From: Histomonas meleagridis 2922-C6/04-290x
Taxonomy: Eukaryota; Protista; Parabasalia
DNA: 64,000 bases
Reading direction: 5' to 3'
Assembly: GCA_020184695.1 (NCBI GenBank)
Contig: JAANOX010000130.1
Coordinates: forward strand, 173,873-237,872
The notes below the pieces were generated by a model that had not been told where the DNA came from, ran no database searches, and saw only the letters and a list, made by a program, of their open reading frames with translations. Below are positions 44,812 through 54,719 of the stretch, piece by piece; position 1 is the stretch's first letter, and every line of letters begins with the position of its first letter. The translations under genes were made by a program, and so were the position numbers.

Positions 44812-45396
44812 TTAGAGTTCGCTGTCATAATAGTCTTCTTTAGGCTTTTCTTCATTGGGCATTATATATACTCCTTGTGAAGCTTTCCAAATTGTATCTG
44901 CTGAAAGAGAAGAGCATGTGACATTAAACTTATTAAGTAATTCCTGTCTGCCTTCTAAAGAAGTGGAAAGGAAACATTTGTGAGCGATGTTATAAAATTG
45001 TACTTTCTCACCTTTGACCCATTCTGTACCACTTGAACATATAACTTGCCATTGAGTTGATGAATCATCATTGTGAATTGATGGAACAACTTCTACACCA
45101 CCGCTACTTGGCTTAGTACTTACATATAATTTTGTTAATGGATTTCGAATTGTTATATTTCCATTACATTGAACAGGTTGACCTGAAATAAAAACACTAT
45201 CACTAACAGAATCAATTGACCATGTCCAGCCATCTTCAAATGGAGGACGTGAACTATAAATTGTTGGGCTTTGGAATGATCCTGTTTCTGTTGTTACTGA
45301 CAATCTATTTTTAGAGTAAACATTTTTTAATTGGATAACTGATGCATATCTTACAGTTGGTTGAATTGCTGAACATAAATGTAAAAACAAAAACAT
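44812..45396 (-). CDS. SDF2/SDF2L1-like MIR-domain ER protein
   Basis: Signal-peptide-like start, VRYASVIQLKN, W.V.C...W..GEKVQF.N.....FL (MIR pattern), C-terminal DSEL ER-retention-like end. Confidence 0.7.
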   Translation of the reverse strand: MFLFLHLCSAIQPTVRYASVIQLKNVYSKNRLSVTTETGSFQSPTIYSSRPPFEDGWTWSIDSVSDSVFISGQPVQCNGNITIRNPLTKLYVSTKPSSGGVEVVPSIHNDDSSTQWQVICSSGTEWVKGEKVQFYNIAHKCFLSTSLEGRQELLNKFNVTCSSLSADTIWKASQGVYIMPNEEKPKEDYYDSEL

Positions 45397-45461
45397 TCAG
45401 ATTTTTTTTTGCTTAAGTATTGAATAGTTTATGAAAACCGTTTTATGGCGGTTTGGTCGAG

Positions 45462-45466
45462 CCTTT
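45462..45466 (+). promoter_or_regulatory. M5 (CCTTT) core promoter motif of the ribosomal protein gene
   Basis: GCCTTTCAGCAAATG: CCTTT 6 nt before the RPS8 ATG. M5 is a known ribosomal-protein core element in Trichomonas. Confidence 0.55.
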
Positions 45467-45472
45467 CAGCAA

Positions 45473-46072
45473 ATGGGTATTACTCGTATGGGAGATCTTA
45501 AGCGCGCAAAATCAGGCGCACGTTCAGTCGCATGGCGTAACAAGCGTAACCATGCAGTCGGTCGTCCAGCTGCTAACACACGTATCGGTGAAAAGAGAAT
45601 CCATCTTGTTCGTACACGTGGTGGTAACTACAAGCGCAGGGCACTCCGTCTTGACCATGGTACATTTTCATGGGCATCAGAAAACGTTTCACGTAAAACA
45701 CGTATTCTTTCAACAGTTTATCATCCATCAGATAACGAATTCGTCCGTACAAACACACTTACAAAGGGATCCATCGTTTCCATTGATTCCGCTCCATTCA
45801 AGCAATGGTACGAACGCCATTATGGAAAAGGACTTGGTCGCTCTCAATACGAAAAGCCTGCAAATGTTAGCGAAAGAGTTAAACAAAGATGGGAAAAACT
45901 TGCTAACGAAGCCCCACTTGCCAATAACTTAGTTTCACAATTTGATCAAGGTCGTGTTCTTGCAGCAATTGCATCTCGTCCAGGTCAATGCGGTCGCGCT
46001 GATGGTTACATCCTCGAAGGAGAGGAATTAGACTTCTACATGGCACGTGTCTCCAAGAAGGGCAAGAAATAA
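45473..46072 (+). CDS. RPS8: 40S ribosomal protein S8 (eS8)
   Basis: MGITR..., VRTRGGNYK.RALRLD.G.FSW.SE, TNTLTKG.I..ID..PF.QWY, SRPGQCGRADGYILEGEELDFY; biased codon usage. True ATG is 45473. Confidence 0.97.
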   Translation: MGITRMGDLKRAKSGARSVAWRNKRNHAVGRPAANTRIGEKRIHLVRTRGGNYKRRALRLDHGTFSWASENVSRKTRILSTVYHPSDNEFVRTNTLTKGSIVSIDSAPFKQWYERHYGKGLGRSQYEKPANVSERVKQRWEKLANEAPLANNLVSQFDQGRVLAAIASRPGQCGRADGYILEGEELDFYMARVSKKGKK

Positions 46073-46290
46073 GCACATTAAAATTTAATCCTTCACCACA
46101 TTAACATCTTTCTTTCAAACAAAATGAGTTTAAAATCGCCAAAGTTCACCAAATTTGGTCAAAAACATAAATCGAAGATGAAATCACCATATCGTTCATT
46201 CAAAAAAAGAATAAAACATAGAAATTCACTTTTTGAAGTGTTTACTTTTCTTTGTTTCTCTATTAAAAAAGTTATATTTCATAATTTACT

Positions 46291-47631
46291 TCATTCGCTT
46301 ATTCCATCCAGATTCAGGTCATTATCCTGATCAAAATTATTTGCTTCCTCTACCTGGACATACTCTGAAGAATCTGTGTAAGGCTGATGGAAGTATATAG
46401 TGAATGCAGCAGCTGTGATATGTAGGAGGGTGAATACATCATACCGAATCTTTGATGACTTTAACTCGTCATCAAAAAGACAGTAAACATTTGAAAAAGC
46501 TGAAACCGCATTTGTCAAAATTAGCAAAACGGTTATGAAAATAATCTGTCTGGATTGCTTCTCAAAGTTCGTACAGTATAATATTATGAGGCTGATGACG
46601 TTGTAGAGGAAATACAAGCAGTCAAAGTATGCATTAATATTTTCAAATGATACATCTTTTGATGTTTTTGATGAAATATTGAAGGAAAAGCGCTCATTAA
46701 GTGCAAACGAACTGATGAAAAAGTTCAAGGTAAATATGACAAGGTTGAAAATTATGGAGATAAGGCCAACGGAATTATTATTACTGCGAACTTTCTTCAT
46801 AAGCATCATAAGAGTAAACCGGAAGAAAGAAACAACAAGAGAAATGGATAACGGATTTACAACTACGTAGAATTGTGGACTGGAAATGAAAAATGATAAT
46901 GGATTTGAAGCAACAATTGCAAAAGTACCAAGAATTAATGAAATTACTTGATAGAACTTGTTGTTTCCTTGTGTGCTCTTTGAAAAGAAAACAAAAAGAA
47001 TATATCCAACAAGGATTGTATTCAATAACCCTAATGAATCATTATATCTCTTGTAATTAGGGTTGTAGTAACTTGACTTAAAAACAACACTTGAGATTTT
47101 GCTGAAGTTTGTTTCGACGTTTGTTTTAATGTTGATTTCATCAAAGCCGTCAATAACTTGATTGATAACTGGAATCAAATTACTGGCACTGGATTTGGCA
47201 GAGAATTTGGCAGTTTGGGTAGGAATAGAAGAAACATTGAAGCTTTTAACAAGTTGATGATCTTTTAACAAAAGCACTTCTAATTTTAGTGTAACGGATA
47301 ACGAGTCTGGACCACTTGCCTTATTCCTGATGAGGGAAAGACTGACATCAGCGTAGCGATGTTGTCGAGTTAAAGTTGAAATAAAAATCTCGAAATCAAG
47401 TGGAATATCATTATAATATTGTGATGTAGAATATCTGCTCTCTTTGTGAATTGTTGTTGGTGGTGATATTATTGCAGAATAAATATGGAGAATTATAAAA
47501 CAAAAGAACATAATATATGTTGTTTTGAGAGATTTTGATGAAGCATTTTCAAGAAGCGTAGATGGCGTTGTATCAACATCTTCAATTTCAATGCTTTGGA
47601 GATCATTATCGGATTGTGGCCCGATCGACAT
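46291..47631 (-). CDS. Multi-pass membrane protein, TMEM181/Wntless-like layout
   Basis: N-terminal TM, long luminal beta-rich loop, about 7 C-terminal TMs ending in ..QPY and an acidic tail. Family call is from layout only. Confidence 0.55.
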   Translation of the reverse strand: MSIGPQSDNDLQSIEIEDVDTTPSTLLENASSKSLKTTYIMFFCFIILHIYSAIISPPTTIHKESRYSTSQYYNDIPLDFEIFISTLTRQHRYADVSLSLIRNKASGPDSLSVTLKLEVLLLKDHQLVKSFNVSSIPTQTAKFSAKSSASNLIPVINQVIDGFDEINIKTNVETNFSKISSVVFKSSYYNPNYKRYNDSLGLLNTILVGYILFVFFSKSTQGNNKFYQVISLILGTFAIVASNPLSFFISSPQFYVVVNPLSISLVVSFFRFTLMMLMKKVRSNNNSVGLISIIFNLVIFTLNFFISSFALNERFSFNISSKTSKDVSFENINAYFDCLYFLYNVISLIILYCTNFEKQSRQIIFITVLLILTNAVSAFSNVYCLFDDELKSSKIRYDVFTLLHITAAAFTIYFHQPYTDSSEYVQVEEANNFDQDNDLNLDGISE

Positions 47632-47784
47632 AGGAAATAGAGATTTGAAACCGATAAAACTTCCATATGCTTATCAAAAAGTTTACAAAAAAAAAAATGA
47701 TTAACAACTCAAGTAAGGTATAACATTATATTGCACTATGAAAAATAATTCATTGGTATACGAGATAAGAAATGCCAGTGGAAA

Positions 47785-48031
47785 TTTATTTGTTTTGTTC
47801 AAATTTAAACAAATTAAATTTGTTCCATGGATGAATTTATCCTCTTTCAAAAGGAGTTTCTTATATATTTATGATACATGTTCATATTTTGAATGTATTT
47901 ATGATTTCAAGCATTTTTACTTATTGTAATTAAACAATGGATATCATTTACTATTTTGTTTCAAATTTAATGATTAAAAATGCATCATTATTATTGTTTT
48001 GTTGTGATATGAAAATTATTTCTTAATTTCT
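47785..48031 (+). repeat. 247-bp dispersed direct repeat, copy 1
   Basis: Identical by eye to 54375-54621; both preceded by GAGATAAGAAA. Confidence 0.92.
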
Positions 48032-48404
48032 AAATCTGAAGCAACTAATTGATATTGTAAAAATCTAGCTCCTAGAGTAGATACAGGTTCATCTGGATAA
48101 TTTTGACTTGCTGTAGTCAATTGAACATTATTATAAACAGGATTTTCGAAACAAGTATAATCATCTGTTTCAACTAAATTTACATATGTACCACAAAATG
48201 ATTGTGAAAAATTAGATACATTTTCATATAATGAATGTGTATATTTACACGTGTTTTCTTTTCAGAATATGGTTTAATTGTAGAATAACGATAACCTTTA
48301 CCACAACATTCATTTTGTTGATAACCTGTTGATATATTATTTGACATAATTTGTAATTGTTCTAATATTTAATTTGAACTCTTAAAACCAACAAATAATT
48401 TATT
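48032..48404 (-). mobile_element. Second Maverick major capsid remnant with a large internal deletion
   Basis: NKLFVGFKSSN*ILEQLQIMSNNISTGYQ..SQSFCGTYVNL joined directly to DDYTCFENPVYNNVQLTTASQNYPDEPVSTLGARFLQYQLVASDL. Homologous to 1670-2422. Confidence 0.6.
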
Positions 48405-48405
48405 A

Positions 48406-48588
48406 ATGGCTTGGGGAGTTTGGAATAAAATTCTAAATGGTATTCAAAAAGTGGGTGCTTTATTAAAACATGTTCTACCAATTCTAAAAGAAAGTGTTAA
48501 AAAAGGTTTAGAAGCAAGTTATAAAGTAATTAAAAAGAATCGAAAAACTTTACAAAATACTAAACCTTTGAAAAAAAAATACCATTAA
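48406..48588 (+). CDS. Short basic amphipathic peptide (candidate Maverick membrane-lytic protein)
   Basis: MAWGVWNKILNGIQKVGALLKHVLPILK... Confidence 0.4.
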   Translation: MAWGVWNKILNGIQKVGALLKHVLPILKESVKKGLEASYKVIKKNRKTLQNTKPLKKKYH

Positions 48589-48671
48589 ATAAAATCTTTA
48601 ATGTAACTGATGATATAATTCAACCTATATTTAAATAAAAAATATATATAAATTATTTTTGTTAATTATTA

Positions 48672-48862
48672 ATGGTTTGGGGAGCATGGAATAAAATTAA
48701 AAATGGCTTAAAAAAACTGGTAATTGGATCAAAAATAAAATTATTAAACCTGTAGAAAAAGTAGTAGTAAAGAAAGTTATCAATAATGTTGTGAAACCGG
48801 TTACTGAAAATATAAGTAAAATACCTTTAATCGAAAAACTACCTGGACCTGAAAGAACTTAA
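48672..48862 (+). pseudogene. Second amphipathic peptide paralog with an A-run frameshift
   Basis: MVWGAWNKIKNGLKK, then one more A gives TGNWIKNKIIKPVEKVVVKKVINNVVKP. Confidence 0.4.
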
Positions 48863-49322
48863 GTCTTCTCCGAACAAACCTTTTTGTTCTTGCAACTATT
48901 TTCTCTTTATGTTGTATTTTCCATTGACAAATTATATTTTTTATATTTATATATTTCTTCCTCTCTTGAGGAATTATTTTAGTTATTTCTTCAACAATGT
49001 CAAAATATACGTTTTCTTCTTCTTCTGATAGTTCGTTGTTCATTATTTTGAGATAAAATAAATCATTTTCATCTACAATATTTAAATATTTTAATTCATT
49101 TATAATTTTTTGATATGATTCTGATTTTCTTAAATATAATTTATGAAGATAACAAAAAATATCATAAACACAATTTGTTAAATTTGATGTAGGTTCCCAT
49201 GTTGTTCCAGGATATTTTTCAATATTTATAATTGGCAACCATTTAACTTTCCAATGTCGAGGAGTATTATCATGATTATATTTTGGTTTATATATATCTA
49301 CGCTCTTATGCTCATTTTGATG
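48801..49322 (-). pseudogene. Chromodomain-containing ORF remnant (no ATG)
   Basis: Frame open from 49322: ..TPRHWKVKWLPIINIEKYPGTTWEPTSNLTNCV matches chromodomain Y.VKW.GY....TWEP..NL..C. Confidence 0.55.
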
Positions 49323-49511
49323 TTAATTTCATATGTTGCTTGGTTATTATATTAGAGTTGGTATTAGATAAGTTTTTGTTTCTTTATTTATGATTATTTA
49401 TTTTTAAAGGAGAAAAATTATCTAAAGTTAGGTCTAGAAATACGAAAATCAATGTATAAAAGTAATATTTACTACCTTTATTTTTACTTCGTGCAGATTG
49501 CCTTGGCCTAT

Positions 49512-52500
49512 TTACCGATTGTTGTATAAATGCTGTTCAATCAATTCAACTATTTCATATGCTCCCTTATTAGCTGCAATTGTGGAAGCTGTATCAATAA
49601 AATTAATGAAATTCCAAATAATATTTAGAAATATCAAATAATAAATTAAAATATTTTAAATTAAAAATGAATATTTTTGATATTTACATCAATTTCTCTA
49701 TTTTGAAGTAATAATTCAATAATTTCAATATGATTATTTTTAGATGCTAACATAAGTGCTGTCCAAATTATTTTGAATAAATTCCAAATTAAAAAATCAT
49801 TTATCAAATTTGAAAATAAAATATTATAAATTAATAATGAATATTTTTTTGATATTTACATCTATTTTTTTATTTTGAAGTAATAATTGTGTAATTTCAA
49901 TATTCCCATTTGCACTTGACCAACAAAGTGCTGTATCAATAAAAATTAATGAAATTCCAAATAATATTTAGAAATATAAAATTAGAAATTTAAATTTTAT
50001 GAATTAATAATGAATATTTTTGATATTTACATCAATTTCTCTATTTTGAAGTAATAATTTAATAATTTCAATATGATTATTTTTAGATGCTAACATAAGT
50101 GCTGTCCAAATTATTTTGAATAAATTCCAAATTAAAAAATCATTTATCAAATTTGAAAATAAAATATTATAAATTAATAATGAATATTTTTGATATTTAC
50201 ATCTATTTTTTTATTTTGAAGTAATAATTGTGTAATTTCAATATTCCCATTTGCACTTGACCAACAAAGTGCTGTATCAATAAAATTAATGAAATTCCAA
50301 ATAATATTTAGAAATATAAAATTAGAAATTTAAATTTTATGAATTAATAATGAATATTTTTGATATTTACATCAATTTCTCTATTTTGAAGTAATAATTT
50401 AATAATTTCAATATGATTATTTTTAGATGCTAACATAAGTGCTGTCCAAATTATTTTGAATAAATTCCAAATTAAAAATCAATTATCTAATTTGAAAAAT
50501 AAATATTATAAATTAATAATGAATATTTTTGATATTTACATCTATATTTTGAAGTAATAATTGTGTAATTTCAATATTCCCATTTGCACTTGACCAACAA
50601 AGTGCTGTATCAATAAAATTAATGAAATTCCAAATAATATTTAGAAATATAAAATTAGAAATTTAAATTTTATGAATTAATAATGAATATTTTTGATATT
50701 TACATCAATTTCTTTAAATTGAAGTAATAATTTAATAATTTCAATTTGATTATTTTTAGATGCATTCATAAGTGGTGTAAAAATTATCTTGAATAAATTC
50801 CAAATTAAAAAATCATTTCTCAAATTTGAAAATAAAATATTTTAAATTAAAAATGAATACCTTTGATATTTACATCAATTTCTTTAAATTGAAGTAATAA
50901 TTTAATAATTTCAATATGATTATTTTTAGATGCATAAATAAGAGCTGTCCAAATTATTTTGAATAAATTCCAAATTAAAAAATCATTTATTAAATTTGTA
51001 AATAAAATTTTATGAATTAATAATGAATATCTTTGATATTTACATCAATTTCTCTATTTTGAAGTAATAATTCAATAATTTCAATATGATTATTTTTAGA
51101 TGCTAATATAAGTGCTGTCCAAATTATTTTGAATAAATTCCAAATTAAAAAATCATTTATCAAATTTGAAAATAAAATATTATAAATTAATAATGAATAT
51201 TTTTGATATTTACATCTATTTTTTTATTTTGAAGTAATAATTGTGTAATTTCAATATTCCCATTTGCACTTGACCAACAAAGTGCTGTATCAATAAAATT
51301 AATGAAATTCCAAATAATATTTAGAAATATCAAATAATAAAATAAAATATTTTAAATTAAAAATGAATATTTTTGATATTTACATCAATTTCTTTAAATT
51401 GAAGTAATAATATAACAATTTCAATATGATTATTTTTAGATGCTAACATAAGTGCTGTCCAAATTATTTTGAATAAATTCCAAATTAAAAAATCATTTAT
51501 TAAATTTGAAAATAAAATATTATAAATTAATAATGAATATTTTTGATATTTACATCTATTTTTTATTTTGAAGTAATAATTGTGTAATTTCAATATTCCC
51601 ATTTGCACTTGACCAACAAAGTGCTGTATCAATAAAATTAATGAAATTCCAAATAATATTTAGAAATATCAAATAATAAAATAAAATATTTTAAATTAAA
51701 AATGAATATTTTTGATATTTACATCAATTTCTTTAAATTGAAGTAATAATTCAATAATTTCAATATGATTATTTTTAGATGCTAATATAAGTGCTGTCCA
51801 AATTATTTTGAATAAATTCCAAATTAAAAAATCATTTATCAAATTTGAAAATAAAATATTTTAAATTAAAAATGAATATTTTTGATATTTACATTTATTC
51901 CTTTTTTTAATAATGAATGTGAAAATTTCTGAATTCAAATATTCTGATGAGAATAAAATATTTTTCGGAATTTCTATTTTTTGATTAAAGTCTTTGAAAA
52001 GAAATATATTATCTATTTGTGCAGATAAACTTAGCATTTTTGTATTGGCTTTCATTCCTTCTTCTTCTTCCAAAAAGAAAAAAATTTCATAATTGCTATA
52101 CTGAATGCATTTATTTCCATAAATAGTTAAATCCTCAACTATTACAAAATCATCAATTTCACATTCTTTGTTATCAAAAAAATAATGAAAAATATCATTT
52201 CTATGAAATTTAATTGCTGTTTCATATACTTCTTCATTTTTTGCATTATTTTGTTCACATAAATGAATAATTTCTAAATTTCCTCCTGCAATTGCATATT
52301 TTAATGTATTTTTAATATTTGATCCATTAATTAATAAATATTTAAAACATTTAATTGATCCAAAAAATGCACAATAATCAATTGCTGTAACATCTTCTTG
52401 ATTAATAAAAGAATATCTCTCATAAAGTGATGGTTTAATTGTTTGATTAAATTTAAAATCATTTTGTGATGAAATTTCTTGTAATTTTTCTAAATCATCA

Positions 52501-53042
52501 TTTCGAATAATTTTGGCAATTTCATTTGGATTAACTCCTTCTTTAATTAATTCTTTATGAAGTTTCCAACCATCTTTTGAAAGTTCTTCAAGATTTGAAA
52601 TAAATTCGGTTTTGAATGGAAACTCTTTTGTTTTAATTGCTTCAATTGTTTGATAATGTGCAAAATAAAAAGTTTCAATGTTTTTTATAGTGTTTATTTC
52701 GATCATTCCTTTTTCAATCATTTTTTCAAGAATATAATATGATTCTTGTGTTTTTAATCGAAGAAGATATTTGCTGAAAATATCAAATATTTCGAGACGG
52801 TTTCTTTGAATTGTTTCGTCCAACTGAAGTATTTTTAAAGCTTCAAAATAAACACCAATATCATTCGCCTGAGATATGAAAAAAGAATATATTAACCGAC
52901 AAATTGTCTGAAGAAATGAAATTGGAGATTCTGGAGTAAACATTCCCATAATTGATTCAACAGACGTTCGTATGTTTTCTTCATTGAGATTTTGTATAAT
53001 CTTTTCCAAATTGATGAGTAATTTCTTTGTATGAGTTTCCAT
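49512..53042 (-). CDS. DUF3447/ankyrin gene: about 390-codon first block, 13 single-repeat blocks and a 27-codon last block, separated by 14 spacers of about 77 nt
   Basis: ATG 53042 with Inr-like TCATAAT upstream; DUF3447-like AIDYCAFFGSIKCFKYLL..AIAGGNLEIIHLCE..AIKFHRNDIF; last block TASTIAANKGAYEIVELIEQHLYNNR* with TAAA over the stop. Coding status requires spacer removal and correction of a few homopolymer slips. Confidence 0.7.
49593..51874 (-). repeat. Tandem array of 170-bp units (93-nt ankyrin block plus 77-nt spacer), partly as 340-bp A/B dimers
   Basis: Blocks begin (minus strand) at 51797, 51627, 51458, 51288, 51118, 50948, 50778, 50608, 50445, 50275, 50105, 49934 and 49762. Twelve spacers are 77 nt, one 76, one 78. 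Confidence 0.95.
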
Positions 53043-53299
53043 TTTTGAAGTAGGGATTATGACAAATTAATTCAAATTTCCTATGTCACTTTTTTCTTCG
53101 GGGTGGCATTTCACACCAAAAAATTTAAATCACAATGTTGGCGCCAAAGAAATCAATATTTATACATTTATGTTGTTCGTACAGTCTTTCTACATTTTTA
53201 GTCTCAACAATATCGACTTTAACTCTTACAACTTGGTAGACCCTCGAACGTTTCAAACTTCTATTTTCTCAACAAAATTAAAATTCGATATTCAATTTC

Positions 53300-53933
53300 A
53301 TTTCAATGTTAGCTCAATCTCTAAATAAACTTGAAGGTTTAATTGGATTAATTTTATCCTGGTCTAGAATTCACTTTAAAAGAAAATGCTGGTGATAATT
53401 GTGGTTGATTTAGAATAATATATAAATTTAATTAAAGAATTTACTTGTGGTTCTAAACTTAAAAATTTAAGAATTGAGTTTATGGATGTATTTTCAAAAA
53501 TACTTCATTTTGAAAATTTGAAAATATTTAATAAATTTGAAATTTGTAAGATTTTGGTAGGTGATAATTAAAATTTTAATTTATTTAGAAAAATATGTTG
53601 AGGTTTTACATGGGTATCAAAAATATTCCCCACAAATTAAAATGTTGTTTGAAAAATGGTGGAAATGAAAGAAGAAGAACAAATCAATTTATTTCGGGTT
53701 ATTCACAATTGCCAAATGAAGGTTTGGCTGCTCTTGAACCTAAATTAACAATTGCAATTGTTAAAAAATCTTTCGATGATGAAAAAATGATCCAAATTCA
53801 CAGCTGTCTTCTGTAATAATGTGTACACATAAATTTAATAAATTATTTCAAGGTACCCATTAATACATCAAAAGAAATAATGAGAGAAAAAATCTTGTTG
53901 GCTGTTCATGAAGGATTGAATTCTTCCAACTAA
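53300..53933 (+). pseudogene. HECT E3 ligase C-terminal fragment (TRIP12/UFD4-like), frameshifted
   Basis: Pieces across frames: LIKEFTCG..IFNKFEICKILVGD, HGYQKYSPQIKMLFE, FISGYSQLPNEGLAALEPKLTI, LSSVIMCT..SKEIMREKILLAVHEG*. Confidence 0.7.
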
Positions 53934-54374
53934 CATAATTTGTTTAAATATAGAAAAATAAAGTGTTTCACATAAAGTTCGAACTTTTTTATTTATTTAT
54001 GTAAAAAACACAAATTTTGGCAATTTAGCTAGGGCATGTTTAAGGTTGCTATCATTTGGATATTGTCAAAAAGGTCATGAATTAGAAGAGAATATATTTT
54101 TAATCAAAAACATAATATACGATGACAACCATGATCTTTTTTTAAAATATGAAAAAAGAAATTTCAATACCCAAAGATCAAACAACTTCCGAAAAGTTTA
54201 ACCAAACTTAAGAAAACAAAAGAAAAAAATCTTGCGACAACTTGTTTCAATTTAATGCCTCAATATCTTAAAATAAATGATGATTTAGGTTTATCTAAAA
54301 TAGTTTCATTAATACGTATTCTGCAAAAGAACCCGAGATTAAAATATAGACGCCTTGAGATAAGAAACTCCAAC

Positions 54375-54621
54375 TTTATTTGTTTTGTTCAAATTTAAAC
54401 AAATTAAATTTGTTCCATGGATGAATTTATCCTCTTTCAAAAGGAGTTTCTTATATATTTATGATACATGTTCATATTTTGAATGTATTTATGATTTCAA
54501 GCATTTTTACTTATTGTAATTAAACAATGGATATCATTTACTATTTTGTTTCAAATTTAATGATTAAAAATGCATCATTATTATTGTTTTGTTGTGATAT
54601 GAAAATTATTTCTTAATTTCT
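54375..54621 (+). repeat. 247-bp dispersed direct repeat, copy 2
   Basis: Identical by eye to 47785-48031. Confidence 0.92.
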
Positions 54622-54719
54622 TATGAATTAGATGAATCTTTAAGCTTGGAGAAATTTTAATTGAAATTTCAGTTTTCATCATGCAAATTTTAATGGAGTG
54701 AAGTGACACTTTATTTCCA

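Noticed and set aside
45453-45932. Alternative-frame and antisense ORFs inside RPS8, SMC1, ACSL, ankyrin, BEACH and adaptin genes
   Set aside because: Overlap well-supported genes and have no recognisable motifs.
49593-49669. Spacers as U12-type AT-AC or ordinary YAG-ended introns
   Set aside because: Cutting AT..AC removes 82 or 84 nt, both out of frame (removal must be 2 mod 3). AC is missing at the TCA, ATT and TAT junctions. The AG in ACA-G would delete the conserved Thr, has no GT partner and is absent at all five 8-9 kb junctions.
49593-51874. Regular repeat-spacer array as CRISPR
   Set aside because: Eukaryotic context, 93-nt repeats encode ankyrin, spacers are homologous to each other, no cas genes.
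51861-51910. Frameshift at the end of the first ankyrin block as programmed slippage
   Set aside because: It is an A7 homopolymer, and similar +/-1 or 2 slips occur sporadically in the array, consistent with long-read consensus errors.
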